A stretch of 64,000 nucleotides of DNA, from positions 17,546-81,545 of the forward strand of contig JBEKZC010000005.1 of NCBI GenBank assembly GCA_049510295.1, read 5' to 3'. The DNA is from Verrucomicrobiota bacterium. GTDB taxonomy: Bacteria; Verrucomicrobiota; Verrucomicrobiia; Limisphaerales; UBA11358. Positions 46,631-56,577 of this stretch are shown here, piece after piece. How positions within the stretch are numbered: the first letter of the stretch is position 1; the number at the start of each line of letters is the position of its first letter. Under the pieces are notes generated by a model, which saw only the letters and a program-made list of their open reading frames with translations, was not told the DNA's origin and did no database searches. Position numbers and translations under genes: made by a program.

Positions 46631-47806
46631 CTACTTTGAAAGGCTTTTACAGAACCGCTCGATGCGCTCCAATCCCTTCTCAAGGTTTGCCATGCTGGTG
46701 GCGTAGCTGATGCGGATGTAATCGTCCGCACCGAACGCGATGCCGGGCACGGCGGCGACCTTCTCCGCTTCGAGCAGCTTCGCGCAGAATTCGGTGGACT
46801 TAAGACCGGTCTTGGAAATGTTCGGGAACAGGTAAAATGCGCCCTTCGCGTTGACGCACGAAACACCCGGTATGCTGTTCAATTTCTGGTGCGCGAAACG
46901 GCGGCGTTTGTCGAATTCCACCAGCCAGGCTTTCAAATGATCCATTGAACCGGTGATTGCGGCCAGCGCACCCTTCTGCGCGAACGACGTCGGGTTGCTT
47001 GTGCTGTGGCTTTGCACGGCGTCAATTGCTTTCGCAATCGGCTCCGGCGCGGCGAGAAATCCCAAACGCCAGCCGGTCATGCTCCAAGCCTTGGCAAATC
47101 CGTGAACGATGATGGTGTGCTCCTGGTGCGCCGGCGAGAAGCTGGCAACGCTCTTGTGCACCGCGCCGTCGTAAAGCAGGTGCTCGTAAATTTCGTCGCT
47201 CATGATGAGCACGCCCTTTTCCACGCAAACGTCGCCCAGCGCCTTGATTTCTTCCGGCGTATAAACGCTGCCGGTCGGGTTGCTCGGCGAGTTCAGGATG
47301 AAAAGCCGTGTGTTGGGCGTGATGGCGGCGCGGAGTTGCGCGGGGGTGACTTTGAATTCGGTCTTGTCGGTGGTTGGCAGGATCACCGGTTTCGCGCTCG
47401 CGAGCTTCACCATTTCCGGATAGCTCAACCAATAGGGCGCGGGAATAAGCACTTCATCGCCTTCCTGGCACGTCGCCAGAATGGCGTTGTTACACGAATG
47501 TTTGCCGCCGCAGGAAACAATGATTTGCGACGGCTTGTAAGTGAGGCCGTTCTCGCGCTTGAACTTGTCGGCGATGGCCTGGCGCAATTCCGGGATGCCG
47601 CTGGACGGCGTGTATTTGGTGAACCCGGCGGCGAGCGCCTTGGCGGCGGCGTCCTTGATGTGTTGCGGCGTGTCGAAATCCGGTTCACCGGCGCCGAAGC
47701 CGACAACGTCCTCGCCCGCGGCCTTCATGGCCTTGGCCTTCGCGTCAATGGCCAGGGTGAGCGACGGTGACAACGAAGCGGCGCGTTTGGAAATTTTGTA
47801 GTTCAT
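46631..47806 (-). CDS. class I pyridoxal-phosphate aminotransferase (aspartate aminotransferase-like)
   Basis: 391 aa with NSPSNPTG and the PLP-lysine region GFAKAWSMTGWRLGF. Confidence 0.9.
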   Translation of the reverse strand: MNYKISKRAASLSPSLTLAIDAKAKAMKAAGEDVVGFGAGEPDFDTPQHIKDAAAKALAAGFTKYTPSSGIPELRQAIADKFKRENGLTYKPSQIIVSCGGKHSCNNAILATCQEGDEVLIPAPYWLSYPEMVKLASAKPVILPTTDKTEFKVTPAQLRAAITPNTRLFILNSPSNPTGSVYTPEEIKALGDVCVEKGVLIMSDEIYEHLLYDGAVHKSVASFSPAHQEHTIIVHGFAKAWSMTGWRLGFLAAPEPIAKAIDAVQSHSTSNPTSFAQKGALAAITGSMDHLKAWLVEFDKRRRFAHQKLNSIPGVSCVNAKGAFYLFPNISKTGLKSTEFCAKLLEAEKVAAVPGIAFGADDYIRISYATSMANLEKGLERIERFCKSLSK

Positions 47807-48115
47807 AATTTAAAACGCGGAAAGATTACGAACGGGGCGGGGGAGCGCAAGAAAGGAAATTTGTTTTAACACCCGCCCTCACCTGTTTCCTCTCCCCCGG
47901 GAGAGGACATGCCGATGATGAATTTCTGTTTTACGAATAACCGTTCGGCCAATCCAGTCGCAGGTCTTTCAATGAGACGGCGAATGATTCTCCTTCTCCT
48001 TCCGTCTTCGCTTCGCTTCGACGCGACTATAAATTTGAACTGCGCCGTAGCCCGGCGTAGGCGGGTGGGGAGAAGGCCGGGATGAGGGAGGCCGTGAACA
48101 AATTCAGGTATTGAT

Positions 48116-48184
48116 GTAGCAGCGGACGTGAGTCCGCTCATTCACATCCGGCGAAAGTCAGAGCCGACTCACATCGGCTGCTAC
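48116..48184. repeat. GTAG-type REP doublet, family 1a, intergenic copy
   Basis: gtagcagcggacgtgagtccgctcattcacatccggcgaaagtcagagccgactcacatcggctgctac. Confidence 0.9.
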
Positions 48185-48195
48185 AAGTCATTACC

Positions 48196-50373
48196 TCACT
48201 TCGTCAGATAATACTTCCGCGTGTATTCCTTGACCATGCGGTCGGTGGTGAAATGCGGCACGAGCGTGACCATCGCGCGGCGAATGCGCTGAATCCATTG
48301 GCGCGGAATGCCTTGTTCGTCGCGGTCGAAGAACATCGGAATGACCTGTTCGGTGAGCGTCTGGTAAAGATTGGCGCTGTCCACTCGATCCTGTTCCTCG
48401 ACATTATTTGGGTTGGAATCGCCGCTGATGGCAAAACCGTTGGTGCCGTCGTAACCTTCGCGCCACCAGCCGTCGAGGATGCTGAAATTCAGGCAGCCAT
48501 TGCAGCCGGCCTTCATGCCGCTGGTGCCGGAGGCTTCCAGCGGGCGGCGCGGGTTGTTCAGCCAGACGTCGCAGCCGGAAACCATCTGCCGCGCGATATG
48601 AACGTCGTAGTTTTCGACAAACACCACACTGCCCGCCAATTCACCCTGTTTGCTGAGGTGAATGATTTGCTGGATGAAGCGTTTTCCTTCGTCGTCACGC
48701 GGATGCGCCTTGCCGGCGAAAATAAACTGCACCGGACGCTGTTTGTCGTGCGCGAGTTTCACGATGTTGTCGAACTGCTGGAAAATCAGCGGCGCGCGTT
48801 TGTAAGTGGCGAAGCGGCGCGCGAAGCCGATGGTCAGCGCGTCCACGTTGAGCAAATGTTCGAAACGGATGTAATCGCCGGGCGTGATGCGCTGGGTTTG
48901 GTGCAACAGCCGGCGGCGGACGAATTCAATCATCTCGCGCCGCAGTTTGTAGCGCAACGCCCAAAGCTCCTCGTCGGAAACGAACGACGCGTCGGCCATT
49001 TTTTCCCAGAATTCATGGTGGTGAATCGCTGAAGCCCAATCGTGTCCATATTTTTCGTCCCACATCTTGACCACGCCCTCTTTCTTGTCCTTCATTTTTT
49101 CCCGCCAGAACTGGCGCACCGAACCTTTCATCCAGCCAAGCAGGTGAATGCCGTTGGTGATGTGGCCGATGGGAACTTTTTCGACGGGCGTGCCGGGATA
49201 AAGGGATTGCCACATGTGACGGCTGACATCGCCGTGCAGTTCACTCACGCCGTTGGCGGCGCGCGACACTTTGAGCGCGAGCACGGTCATGCAAAATGGC
49301 TCGTGCGCGTCTTCGGGATGCACGCGGCCCAGCGGCAGGATGTCCTGAAACGGCACGGGCAATTGCTGCTGGTAAAGCAGGAACGCGTAGTCCATCAATT
49401 CGGGAGCGAAGCGGTCATGTCCGGCTTCAACTGGCGTGTGGGTGGTAAAAATACATTGCGCCCGGGTCGCGGCGACCGCGTCGGCAAAATTTTGTCCGGC
49501 GGCCATTTTTTCACGGATCAATTCCAGCGTCAGGAAGGCCGCGTGACCCTCGTTCATGTGAAAGACCGACGGTTGCACGCCGAGCTTGCGCAGCAGGCGG
49601 ACCCCGCCGATGCCGAGCAGGATTTCCTGCATGATGCGCATCGTGCCGTCGCCACCATAAGCGCGCGCGGTCAAATCACAAAAATGCTGGGCGTTTTCCG
49701 GGCGGTTGGCGTCCAGCAGATAGACCGGCACGCGCCCGACGTTCACGCGCCAGGCCTGAAAGAAGACGCGGTTCATGTCAATTTCCACGTCGCACACGAG
49801 CTTCTGGCCGTTGGCGTCCAGCACGGGTTCGAGCGGCACGTTTTGCGGGTCCACCAGATTGTAGAATTCGGTCTGCCAGTTGTTCGAGTCTATGGCCTGT
49901 TGAAAATAACCTTCGCGGTAAAACAAACCAACGCCGACGAAGCCGAGGCCGAGGTCGCTGGCGGATTTCGCATGGTCGCCGGCCAGGATGCCGAGGCCGC
50001 CCGCCGAAATCGGCAGCGACTCGTGAAAACCAAATTCGGCGGAAAAATACGCGACGGGATTTTGGAGCAATTGTGGCGCGTTCACGTGTCCCCAGGTGGT
50101 TTTGCTCTGGAGATACGACTCGAAATTGAGCAGCACGGTCAGGGCGCGATGCTCAAAGTCGGCGTCTTGCAGTCGCACGCGCAGTTCGTATTCCGAGACT
50201 TCGCGCAAAATGGCGGCGGCGTTGTGATAAAGATTTTGCCAGCTGCGCGGCGAGAGTTCCTGGAATAAATCCTGGGCCTCCTGATCCCAGCTCCACCATA
50301 AATTGCGGGACAACTTGTTCAAGCCCGCAACCAGCCCGTTCAGTTCCGCGCCCGCGAGAGGTTTCCTTGTCAT
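48196..50373 (-). CDS. alpha-glucan phosphorylase family protein
   Basis: 725 aa with GGLGILAGDH and the PLP-lysine region EASGTSGMKAGCNG. Confidence 0.9.
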   Translation of the reverse strand: MTRKPLAGAELNGLVAGLNKLSRNLWWSWDQEAQDLFQELSPRSWQNLYHNAAAILREVSEYELRVRLQDADFEHRALTVLLNFESYLQSKTTWGHVNAPQLLQNPVAYFSAEFGFHESLPISAGGLGILAGDHAKSASDLGLGFVGVGLFYREGYFQQAIDSNNWQTEFYNLVDPQNVPLEPVLDANGQKLVCDVEIDMNRVFFQAWRVNVGRVPVYLLDANRPENAQHFCDLTARAYGGDGTMRIMQEILLGIGGVRLLRKLGVQPSVFHMNEGHAAFLTLELIREKMAAGQNFADAVAATRAQCIFTTHTPVEAGHDRFAPELMDYAFLLYQQQLPVPFQDILPLGRVHPEDAHEPFCMTVLALKVSRAANGVSELHGDVSRHMWQSLYPGTPVEKVPIGHITNGIHLLGWMKGSVRQFWREKMKDKKEGVVKMWDEKYGHDWASAIHHHEFWEKMADASFVSDEELWALRYKLRREMIEFVRRRLLHQTQRITPGDYIRFEHLLNVDALTIGFARRFATYKRAPLIFQQFDNIVKLAHDKQRPVQFIFAGKAHPRDDEGKRFIQQIIHLSKQGELAGSVVFVENYDVHIARQMVSGCDVWLNNPRRPLEASGTSGMKAGCNGCLNFSILDGWWREGYDGTNGFAISGDSNPNNVEEQDRVDSANLYQTLTEQVIPMFFDRDEQGIPRQWIQRIRRAMVTLVPHFTTDRMVKEYTRKYYLTK

Positions 50374-50687
50374 ACGTCTTTGGTCCTAAATGTTGCACTG
50401 GCCGGCACAACGGCCGGCCAACAGTGCTGACACTAATTGCGGGCGCGTGGTTCGGCAAATAAAAATTGAATCCCAATTCGTCAAACCGACACCTCGCAGC
50501 ACGGGGGCGCATGTTCTGTTGCCCGCCATTGGCTGCCGCCGCAATGGCATCGCGAAACGTCGCATCCAGCGCAGCGAGAGTCGACCAAGGCGTTGATGGT
50601 TGAGAGTTGAGGTTGAGGGCTGATCCACCTTTGGTGTGCTGAGGCGTGACGCTTCGCGGAGTTGAGAGGGGCGGGCGATATTCCCGC

Positions 50688-51773
50688 TTATTTGTCGGCG
50701 CACGTGTAGGTGCGCAAAAGCTGCATCAGGCCCTCGGCTTGCAGGGAGAGATCCCCGAATTGCTTTTTCAAACTGGGCTGCGAGCAAAAGCCCTGGAGAT
50801 ACGCGCGCTGAACTGCCTCGGTCAGGTCCTTGAACTCCACGACGCCGGTGGCGGAGGGTTTGGCCTCGATGTCCGTGTATTGCACCGGATGGCCGCACGA
50901 GAAGCCCAACGTCTTCAGGTTGATGGTGCGCTCCTGCGGATTGGTTTGGGTGCGATAATGGATCTGGCGCGCCGATACGTCATAGACCATCTGCCAGACG
51001 GTGTCCTGGTGGCTAACCTGTTGCAACGTGTCAAAGGCGTATTCCACATCGGCCTTGGGAGTGCCGGGCTGAAATCTGACCGCGCGGGCGGCGGCGCGGC
51101 AAAAGCGCGCGTCGGACGTCGGGTCTTTCAACGGCGCGGAAATGGTTCCGGGGTTGGGATGATCGTGGGCATAGGCGAGTGAATGTTCATAGGTTTCGTT
51201 GGCCAGGGCGTGCAAGGGAAGGTCGTTGCCGCGATGACAGACCAGTTTGCCATCCAGGCACTCGACGCTGGCGCAGCCGCCACTGGCATCACACACCAGA
51301 TAATGGATGCGGGCGAAGACCGGAGGCGCTTCCAGGCGAATCTTCGCGTCGGTGGCGATCACCTCATCCACGGTGCGGCAGTTATCGAGCTGATATTGCA
51401 TCCATTGCAGCAGGTTGACGGCCGGCCGGGAGTCCTTGGCCGGGTATTGGGTTTCATCCAGGCTCATGTTCTCGACCACCAGACCCGCTTCATTCATGCC
51501 GCCGAAGGGCATTTCCTGGCCGAACTGGTTGAAAGTGACGCTGCCGTATCCGGAGGTCCATGACACAGGCGTATCTCCCGGCTGGACGAACGAAGTTTTT
51601 TTGACGCCACGTTGATTGACGATGATGAGGGCGTTATCCCAATCCCAATCCAGGTTGCGGCCGAAGTAGATGCGTCCGCCACCCTGCAGCACAAAGGTGG
51701 TACAGGGCCGGGCGATGTTGCTGACCAGCAGGGTGGCGAGGCAGAGGTGCAGAATCAGAGCAATACGTTTCAT
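50688..51773 (-). CDS. secreted Ntn-hydrolase, choloylglycine hydrolase / linear amide C-N hydrolase family
   Basis: The signal peptide is MKRIALILHLCLATLLVSNIARP, followed by the catalytic Cys in CTTFVLQGGGRIYFGRNLDW. The start was moved to the ATG at 51773. Confidence 0.75.
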   Translation of the reverse strand: MKRIALILHLCLATLLVSNIARPCTTFVLQGGGRIYFGRNLDWDWDNALIIVNQRGVKKTSFVQPGDTPVSWTSGYGSVTFNQFGQEMPFGGMNEAGLVVENMSLDETQYPAKDSRPAVNLLQWMQYQLDNCRTVDEVIATDAKIRLEAPPVFARIHYLVCDASGGCASVECLDGKLVCHRGNDLPLHALANETYEHSLAYAHDHPNPGTISAPLKDPTSDARFCRAAARAVRFQPGTPKADVEYAFDTLQQVSHQDTVWQMVYDVSARQIHYRTQTNPQERTINLKTLGFSCGHPVQYTDIEAKPSATGVVEFKDLTEAVQRAYLQGFCSQPSLKKQFGDLSLQAEGLMQLLRTYTCADK

Positions 51774-51862
51774 GATGGCTGTCCGGTATTGGATCGTACG
51801 AAACTTGCCCTGGCGATTGCAAGCCGGCTGGCATTGCGGTAATGGGCCAGTTTGTATTTCCG

Positions 51863-51912
51863 GGTGGGGCGAGGCTACCGACGAGCCGGCTCGCGAGCAC
51901 GCTCGCCCCACC
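51863..51912. repeat. GGTGGGGCGAG...CTCGCCCCACC palindromic repeat (copy 1)
   Basis: It has the same termini and GGCT(A/C)CCGACGAG core as 53935-54006. Confidence 0.8.
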
Positions 51913-52024
51913 AAAATGACCCTAAACGGGTCCTGGGTATTGACTCAAGTTTCAACCAACTAGGGAAAATTTCCATTCGCAAATTGGCCGAACGCGGCTA
52001 GATTTCCAGCGCGTTCGCAAAGGA

Positions 52025-52831
52025 ATGAAAAAATACTGGCATGTCATCGGCATCGGGATTCAAAACAACCTGACGTATCGCGTCAATTACCTGACGCGAA
52101 CGCTGTTCAGTTTCATCCCGCTGTTTGCCATGCTGTCGCTTTGGCGCACGATTTACGCGGGGAAAGGGCAGGGGAGCGCGCTCGGCGGTTACACCCAGGC
52201 GCAGATGATTTTTTACTACCTGCTCGTGGCCGTGGTGGACGTGCTGACGGCGGTGAACGAGGATGACTGGCAGATCGCCGCGGACATCCGCGAAGGCAAC
52301 ATCAGCCAGTTCCTGCTCAAGCCGATTGATTATCTGTGGTACCGGCTGTGCCTGTTTTTTTCCGGGCGCATCGCGTTCATCTCCATGGCGTGCGTGCCGC
52401 TGGCGGTTTTTATTTTCTGCTTCCGGGATTATGCAGTCTGGCCGGCCAGCGGGGCGGCGCTGCCCGCCTTTGTGATTTCGCTCGTGCTGACGGCGCTGCT
52501 GCAATTCTTTATTTCCTACACGATGGCCATGCTGGCGTTCTGGCTGCTGGAAATTTCAACGTTCATTTTCATTCTGTTCGCCTTCGAATTCCTGGCCAGC
52601 GGCCATTTGTTCCCGCTCGACCTGTTGCCGCCCGTGATCGGCCACGCGCTTTTTTTCACGCCGTTTCCGTCCATGCTTTACGTTCCTATTGCCATTTACA
52701 TGGGCAAAATCGCCGGGGCCGGCATCTGGTTCGGATTGTTGGGGCAATTGTCATGGTTGCTGCTCGCCTATTGCCTCGCACGGTTCGCGTGGCGGCGCGG
52801 CATCAGGAAATACGCCGCGTTTGGAGGATGA
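52025..52831 (+). CDS. ABC-2-type transporter permease-like protein
   Basis: 268 aa with 6 TM segments. The N-terminus is YRVNYLTRTLFSFIPLFAMLSLW. The family call comes from general architecture only. Confidence 0.5.
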   Translation: MKKYWHVIGIGIQNNLTYRVNYLTRTLFSFIPLFAMLSLWRTIYAGKGQGSALGGYTQAQMIFYYLLVAVVDVLTAVNEDDWQIAADIREGNISQFLLKPIDYLWYRLCLFFSGRIAFISMACVPLAVFIFCFRDYAVWPASGAALPAFVISLVLTALLQFFISYTMAMLAFWLLEISTFIFILFAFEFLASGHLFPLDLLPPVIGHALFFTPFPSMLYVPIAIYMGKIAGAGIWFGLLGQLSWLLLAYCLARFAWRRGIRKYAAFGG

Positions 52832-52835
52832 CGAA

Positions 52836-53687
52836 ATGAAGGCTGAAGGCAAAAGGCTGAAGGCTGAAGTGGACGTCACCCGTCACCCGTCACTCGTCAC
52901 GCGTTACCTGACGATTTACGCGGCGTTGTGGAAGACGTCTGTGACGCGCGAAATGTCGTTCAAGGGCAACTTCCTCCTTTGGATTGTCGTCGAACTGGCC
53001 TGGTTCGGACTGCAACTTGCCTTCGTTGGCGTGATTTTCAGCCAGACCACCACCGTCGGCACGTGGACGGTGTGGCAGGTGGTGTTGCTCACCGGCACGA
53101 GCAATTTCATCCAGGAAATCTACCAGGCGTTCTTCCTCGTGAACTGCACGAACCTTTCCGAACTCGTCCGCACCGGCAAGATGGATTTCCTGCTGTTGCT
53201 GCCGGTCAACACGCGCTTTTTGGTTTCCATGCGGCAGGTGAACATCCCGTCATTTGCCAACGCCGCGTTTGCCGTTTGCGTGATGACTTACGCGGCGGGA
53301 AAATTGCATTTGCACCCGACTGCCGGACAACTGCTCGGCTTTGGCGCATTGTGTGTCATCGGGCTTTTGGTGCATTACTCGCTCATGTTCATGCTGGCCT
53401 CGGTGAGCTTTTGGACGGTGCGCGCGCAAGGCATTGTGTGGGGCTACTACAATCTGTTCAACATCGCGCGGATGCCGGACGAGGCGTTTCGCGGCGCGTT
53501 CAAAGCTGTGTTCACCTTCGCGCTGCCCGTGCTGCTCGTGTCCAACGTGCTCGTGCGCGTGCTGGCGGACAAATTGACTTCGCCTTCCGCGTGGCTGGTG
53601 CTGTTGGGACTGGGCGTCACCTGGGCGCTCATTTCCGAATGGTTCTGGCGTTTCTCCATCCGCCGCTATACCAGCGCGAGCACGTAG
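52836..53687 (+). CDS. ABC-2-type transporter permease-like protein (second subunit)
   Basis: The start was chosen at the ATG at 52836. The first ~20 codons are short tandem repeats (ggctgaagg, gtcaccc). The remainder is a 6-TM permease-like body. Confidence 0.45.
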   Translation: MKAEGKRLKAEVDVTRHPSLVTRYLTIYAALWKTSVTREMSFKGNFLLWIVVELAWFGLQLAFVGVIFSQTTTVGTWTVWQVVLLTGTSNFIQEIYQAFFLVNCTNLSELVRTGKMDFLLLLPVNTRFLVSMRQVNIPSFANAAFAVCVMTYAAGKLHLHPTAGQLLGFGALCVIGLLVHYSLMFMLASVSFWTVRAQGIVWGYYNLFNIARMPDEAFRGAFKAVFTFALPVLLVSNVLVRVLADKLTSPSAWLVLLGLGVTWALISEWFWRFSIRRYTSAST

Positions 53688-53739
53688 GGCGTGTCTTAAA
53701 AATCGGTTTGATGTGTCAGCGCCGGAGACGCGCGAGCAA

Positions 53740-53878
53740 GTAGCCCACGGTGAAACCGTGGGTTTGGTCGTCGAAAAGATCAAGCCCCGGCAGGGGCGGC
53801 AGAAAACCGGCGTAAAACGTTTCTTTCGCCCCGTTCCGGGGCTTGGACGGTTTGCGGTGGTTTCACCGTGGGCTGCTA
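53740..53878. repeat. nested palindromic REP-like element
   Basis: GTAGCCCACGGtgaaaCCGTGGG at the left and the inverted GGTTTCACCGTGGGCTGCTAT at the right. The inner stem is AAGCCCCGG/CCGGGGCTT. Confidence 0.75.
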
Positions 53879-53934
53879 TCGGTCGCTGCTCCGCACCTAC
53901 AAATGGATTTTGAAAACACGCCTTGGAATGCAAG

Positions 53935-54006
53935 GGTGGGGCGAGGCTCCCGACGAGTCGGAGAGAAGTCAAAATGCTTGCGGCTCGCGAGGACGCTCGC
54001 CCCACC
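53935..54006. repeat. GGTGGGGCGAG...CTCGCCCCACC palindromic repeat (copy 2)
   Basis: See 51863-51912. Confidence 0.8.
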
Positions 54007-54055
54007 AAATCAGAGTAGGGATTGATTTTCCCCGGCGAATATTTATTTTCCGGCC

Positions 54056-54814
54056 ATGAAAAGAATTCCCTCGTTATTGTTTCCCGTTGTCGCGGCGTTC
54101 GCCTTTTGGGCCGCACCGGCGTCATTTGCCCAAAACACGAATGAAGTCGTCCAAAACACCGCCATTATCCCTGAGCTGCGCATCAGCCCGGCTGATTGGG
54201 TGGCCCGACACGAAGGTTTTGTGCAGGAGGCCCGAAAGGGCGGCATTAATATTTTATTCCTTGGAGATTCCATCACGGACGGATGGCGCAACACAGGTTC
54301 GAACGTCTGGAACAAGTATTACGCGCCGCGACACGCCGCCGACTTTGGCATTGGCGGCGACCGCACCCAGCACGTCCTCTGGCGCATGGACCACGGCGAA
54401 CTCGACGGCATCAAGCCCAAGGTCGTCGTGCTCATGATCGGCACCAACAACACCGGCAAGGAAAACGACACCGGAAAAATCCGCAACACCATCCCCGAAA
54501 CCATTGAGGGCGTGCAGGCGGTCGTCAAAGAATTGCGCGTGAAACTGCCGGACAGCAAAATTTTACTCCTGGCTATTTTTCCGCGCAGCACCCTGGACAA
54601 TCCGCAACGCACCCAGGTTGCCTTGATTAACACCGTCATTGCCAAGCTCGACGACGGCAGGATGGTGAAGTTCCTCGACATTGGCCCGGAATTCCTGGAA
54701 GCCGACGGGACGCTTCCCAAGAGCATTATGCCGGACTTGCTGCATCCCAACGAACACGGCTACCGAATCTGGGCCGAAGCCATGGAACCGGCGCTGGATG
54801 AAATGTTGAAGTAG
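54056..54814 (+). CDS. secreted SGNH/GDSL-family hydrolase
   Basis: It has a signal peptide. Block I is FLGDSITDGW, followed by GIGGDRTQ, MIGTNN and the DLLHPN catalytic His block. Confidence 0.85.
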   Translation: MKRIPSLLFPVVAAFAFWAAPASFAQNTNEVVQNTAIIPELRISPADWVARHEGFVQEARKGGINILFLGDSITDGWRNTGSNVWNKYYAPRHAADFGIGGDRTQHVLWRMDHGELDGIKPKVVVLMIGTNNTGKENDTGKIRNTIPETIEGVQAVVKELRVKLPDSKILLLAIFPRSTLDNPQRTQVALINTVIAKLDDGRMVKFLDIGPEFLEADGTLPKSIMPDLLHPNEHGYRIWAEAMEPALDEMLK

Positions 54815-55022
54815 ATTGTACTCTGCAGCGATGGTCTGTCCCGAAAGCTTTTGGGTCTGTGACCGCCACCAATCAAAAACTGCGACGCTCATAGAACGCC
54901 GGTACAAAGCTTCCGTCGGGTGTTACAATTATTGAAATAGCTATTACACAAATTGTAACATTGGGGTTGCCAGCTAAATGAAGACTTTGAACAGAAGTCA
55001 ACTCCGCCGGCGTCCGAACCGG

Positions 55023-56489
55023 CTATTCGTTGTGCGGAATCTGGATCGTGCTTCCGCCGATGAATTCCCGGATCACGGCGTCGCCCGGGATGAGGTCACA
55101 GGTTGAAAGTTGTTTCTTCGTGAAACCTTCCACCGATTCGAGCAGCGTCTTTACCCGGTCGTAACGGATGCGCGCGTCGAGAAAACCCGCGTAAGGCGCG
55201 AAATCCTCCGGCTTGGGCAGCAGACCGCCTTCCCCGATGAAGAACGGTTTGAGCGCGGGCAAATCGAAGGGGAGCCCGCCGTTGATAATGCAATCGCCCA
55301 GTCCCATGAGCGGGATGATGCTGAACAGTTCGCCGTAGCGCACGTAATGCCAGTGCAAAATCGTGCGCAGCGCGCTGTGGTTGCGGTGGCGCGCGTCACG
55401 CAACATGCGCCGGATGAGGCGCACGTCGGTGAGCTGCGTGAGCCGGTTCGTGCTCCCGTCGCCTTCGTACAAAACGTTCAGCGTTTCGATGTAGAGACGG
55501 AATTGCGTGGAGGCGTCAATGCCTTCGGTAATGGGCGGATAAAATCCGTGCAGACAATCCAGCAACAGAATCTGGTCCGGCTCCAGCTTGACCGTCTTGG
55601 CGCCCATGCGCCGGCCTTCCTTGAAACTGTAAATCGGTTTTTCAATCGTCTGCCCGTCGAGGAGCCCCCGGAGGTGCTGATTTAACAACTGGATGTCCAG
55701 CGCTTCCGGCGTCTCGTAATTCCGGTCGTTGATCCAGTCGGTCGGATGCTCGACCAGCGACCAGAAATAGTCGTCGAGATTGAGCATTAAAAAACGCAGG
55801 CCCTGTTTTTCGAGCCGCTGTGTCAGCTTGACCGTGGTGGTGGTCTTGCCGGAGGAACTCGGACCGCTCACCCATATCATCCGCAGACGGTTGCCACCGT
55901 TGTTCAAGCGGGACAAAACCTTCCGTGCGGCCTCGTCCAGCGACTCCTCATAAACCGCCAGCGACGCGGCGATCACCTCCTTGATGCGCCCGCTGAGAAC
56001 CGCCTCGTTCAGACCGGCCACCGTGTCCACGCCATTCCGGCGGTTCCAGTCGAGGATTTGCTTCATGCGCTCGCAGGGAAAACCGTTGCCGGAGAATTTT
56101 TCCGGCGTCAGCGCTCCTTCACGCAGCCAATGCCGCCCCCAGCGATAACACTCGTAGGCGTCGGCGGTGTTTTGGAAACCATAGCTGCGCAGCGCGTGCA
56201 ACACCTCGTCCTGGATGGTCTCGATCGGCGGCGGAAAATTCGAAATCAGGTGATGCGGGTCGGAGTTGAGACAGACAATGGCCGCGTCCGCCAGAAAGCC
56301 CGCGATGTTTTCATCCGAACCCTGCGCGCTGAAAATCTTGCCGTTCACGCCCGGCAAAAAATCCGTCTGAAAACCGCCGATGGATTCCGCAGCGTGCAAA
56401 ATGACCTTGCGGATGCGGTCCGAATCGAATTTGACCAGCGCCCGGTTTCGCTTCTGGACTTTGACAATGCGGTTTTGAACTGGCATCAC
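55023..56489 (-). CDS. ATP-cone domain fused to a uridine-kinase/PRK-like P-loop kinase
   Basis: The N-terminus IVKVQKRNRALVKFDSDRIRKVILHAA is ATP-cone-like. The central region has the P-loop VSGPSSSGKTTTT, then LNLDDYFW and ILLLDCLHGF (Udk-like). Confidence 0.6.
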   Translation of the reverse strand: MMPVQNRIVKVQKRNRALVKFDSDRIRKVILHAAESIGGFQTDFLPGVNGKIFSAQGSDENIAGFLADAAIVCLNSDPHHLISNFPPPIETIQDEVLHALRSYGFQNTADAYECYRWGRHWLREGALTPEKFSGNGFPCERMKQILDWNRRNGVDTVAGLNEAVLSGRIKEVIAASLAVYEESLDEAARKVLSRLNNGGNRLRMIWVSGPSSSGKTTTTVKLTQRLEKQGLRFLMLNLDDYFWSLVEHPTDWINDRNYETPEALDIQLLNQHLRGLLDGQTIEKPIYSFKEGRRMGAKTVKLEPDQILLLDCLHGFYPPITEGIDASTQFRLYIETLNVLYEGDGSTNRLTQLTDVRLIRRMLRDARHRNHSALRTILHWHYVRYGELFSIIPLMGLGDCIINGGLPFDLPALKPFFIGEGGLLPKPEDFAPYAGFLDARIRYDRVKTLLESVEGFTKKQLSTCDLIPGDAVIREFIGGSTIQIPHNE

Positions 56490-56577
56490 CGCGAACTATA
56501 CCGCAGCGGGACAAACACTCAATGCCGTTTCAACGCGGCCGATGAAGCGCGAATTCTTGGGGGAATTAGCCGGTTGC

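Noticed and set aside
54921-54960. Perfect 10-bp inverted repeat TGTTACAATT...AATTGTAACA between the convergent GDSL and kinase genes.
   Set aside because: It could be a bidirectional terminator or an operator. It has a 20-nt loop, no U-tract and no second copy, so there is no basis to choose. It is noted only.
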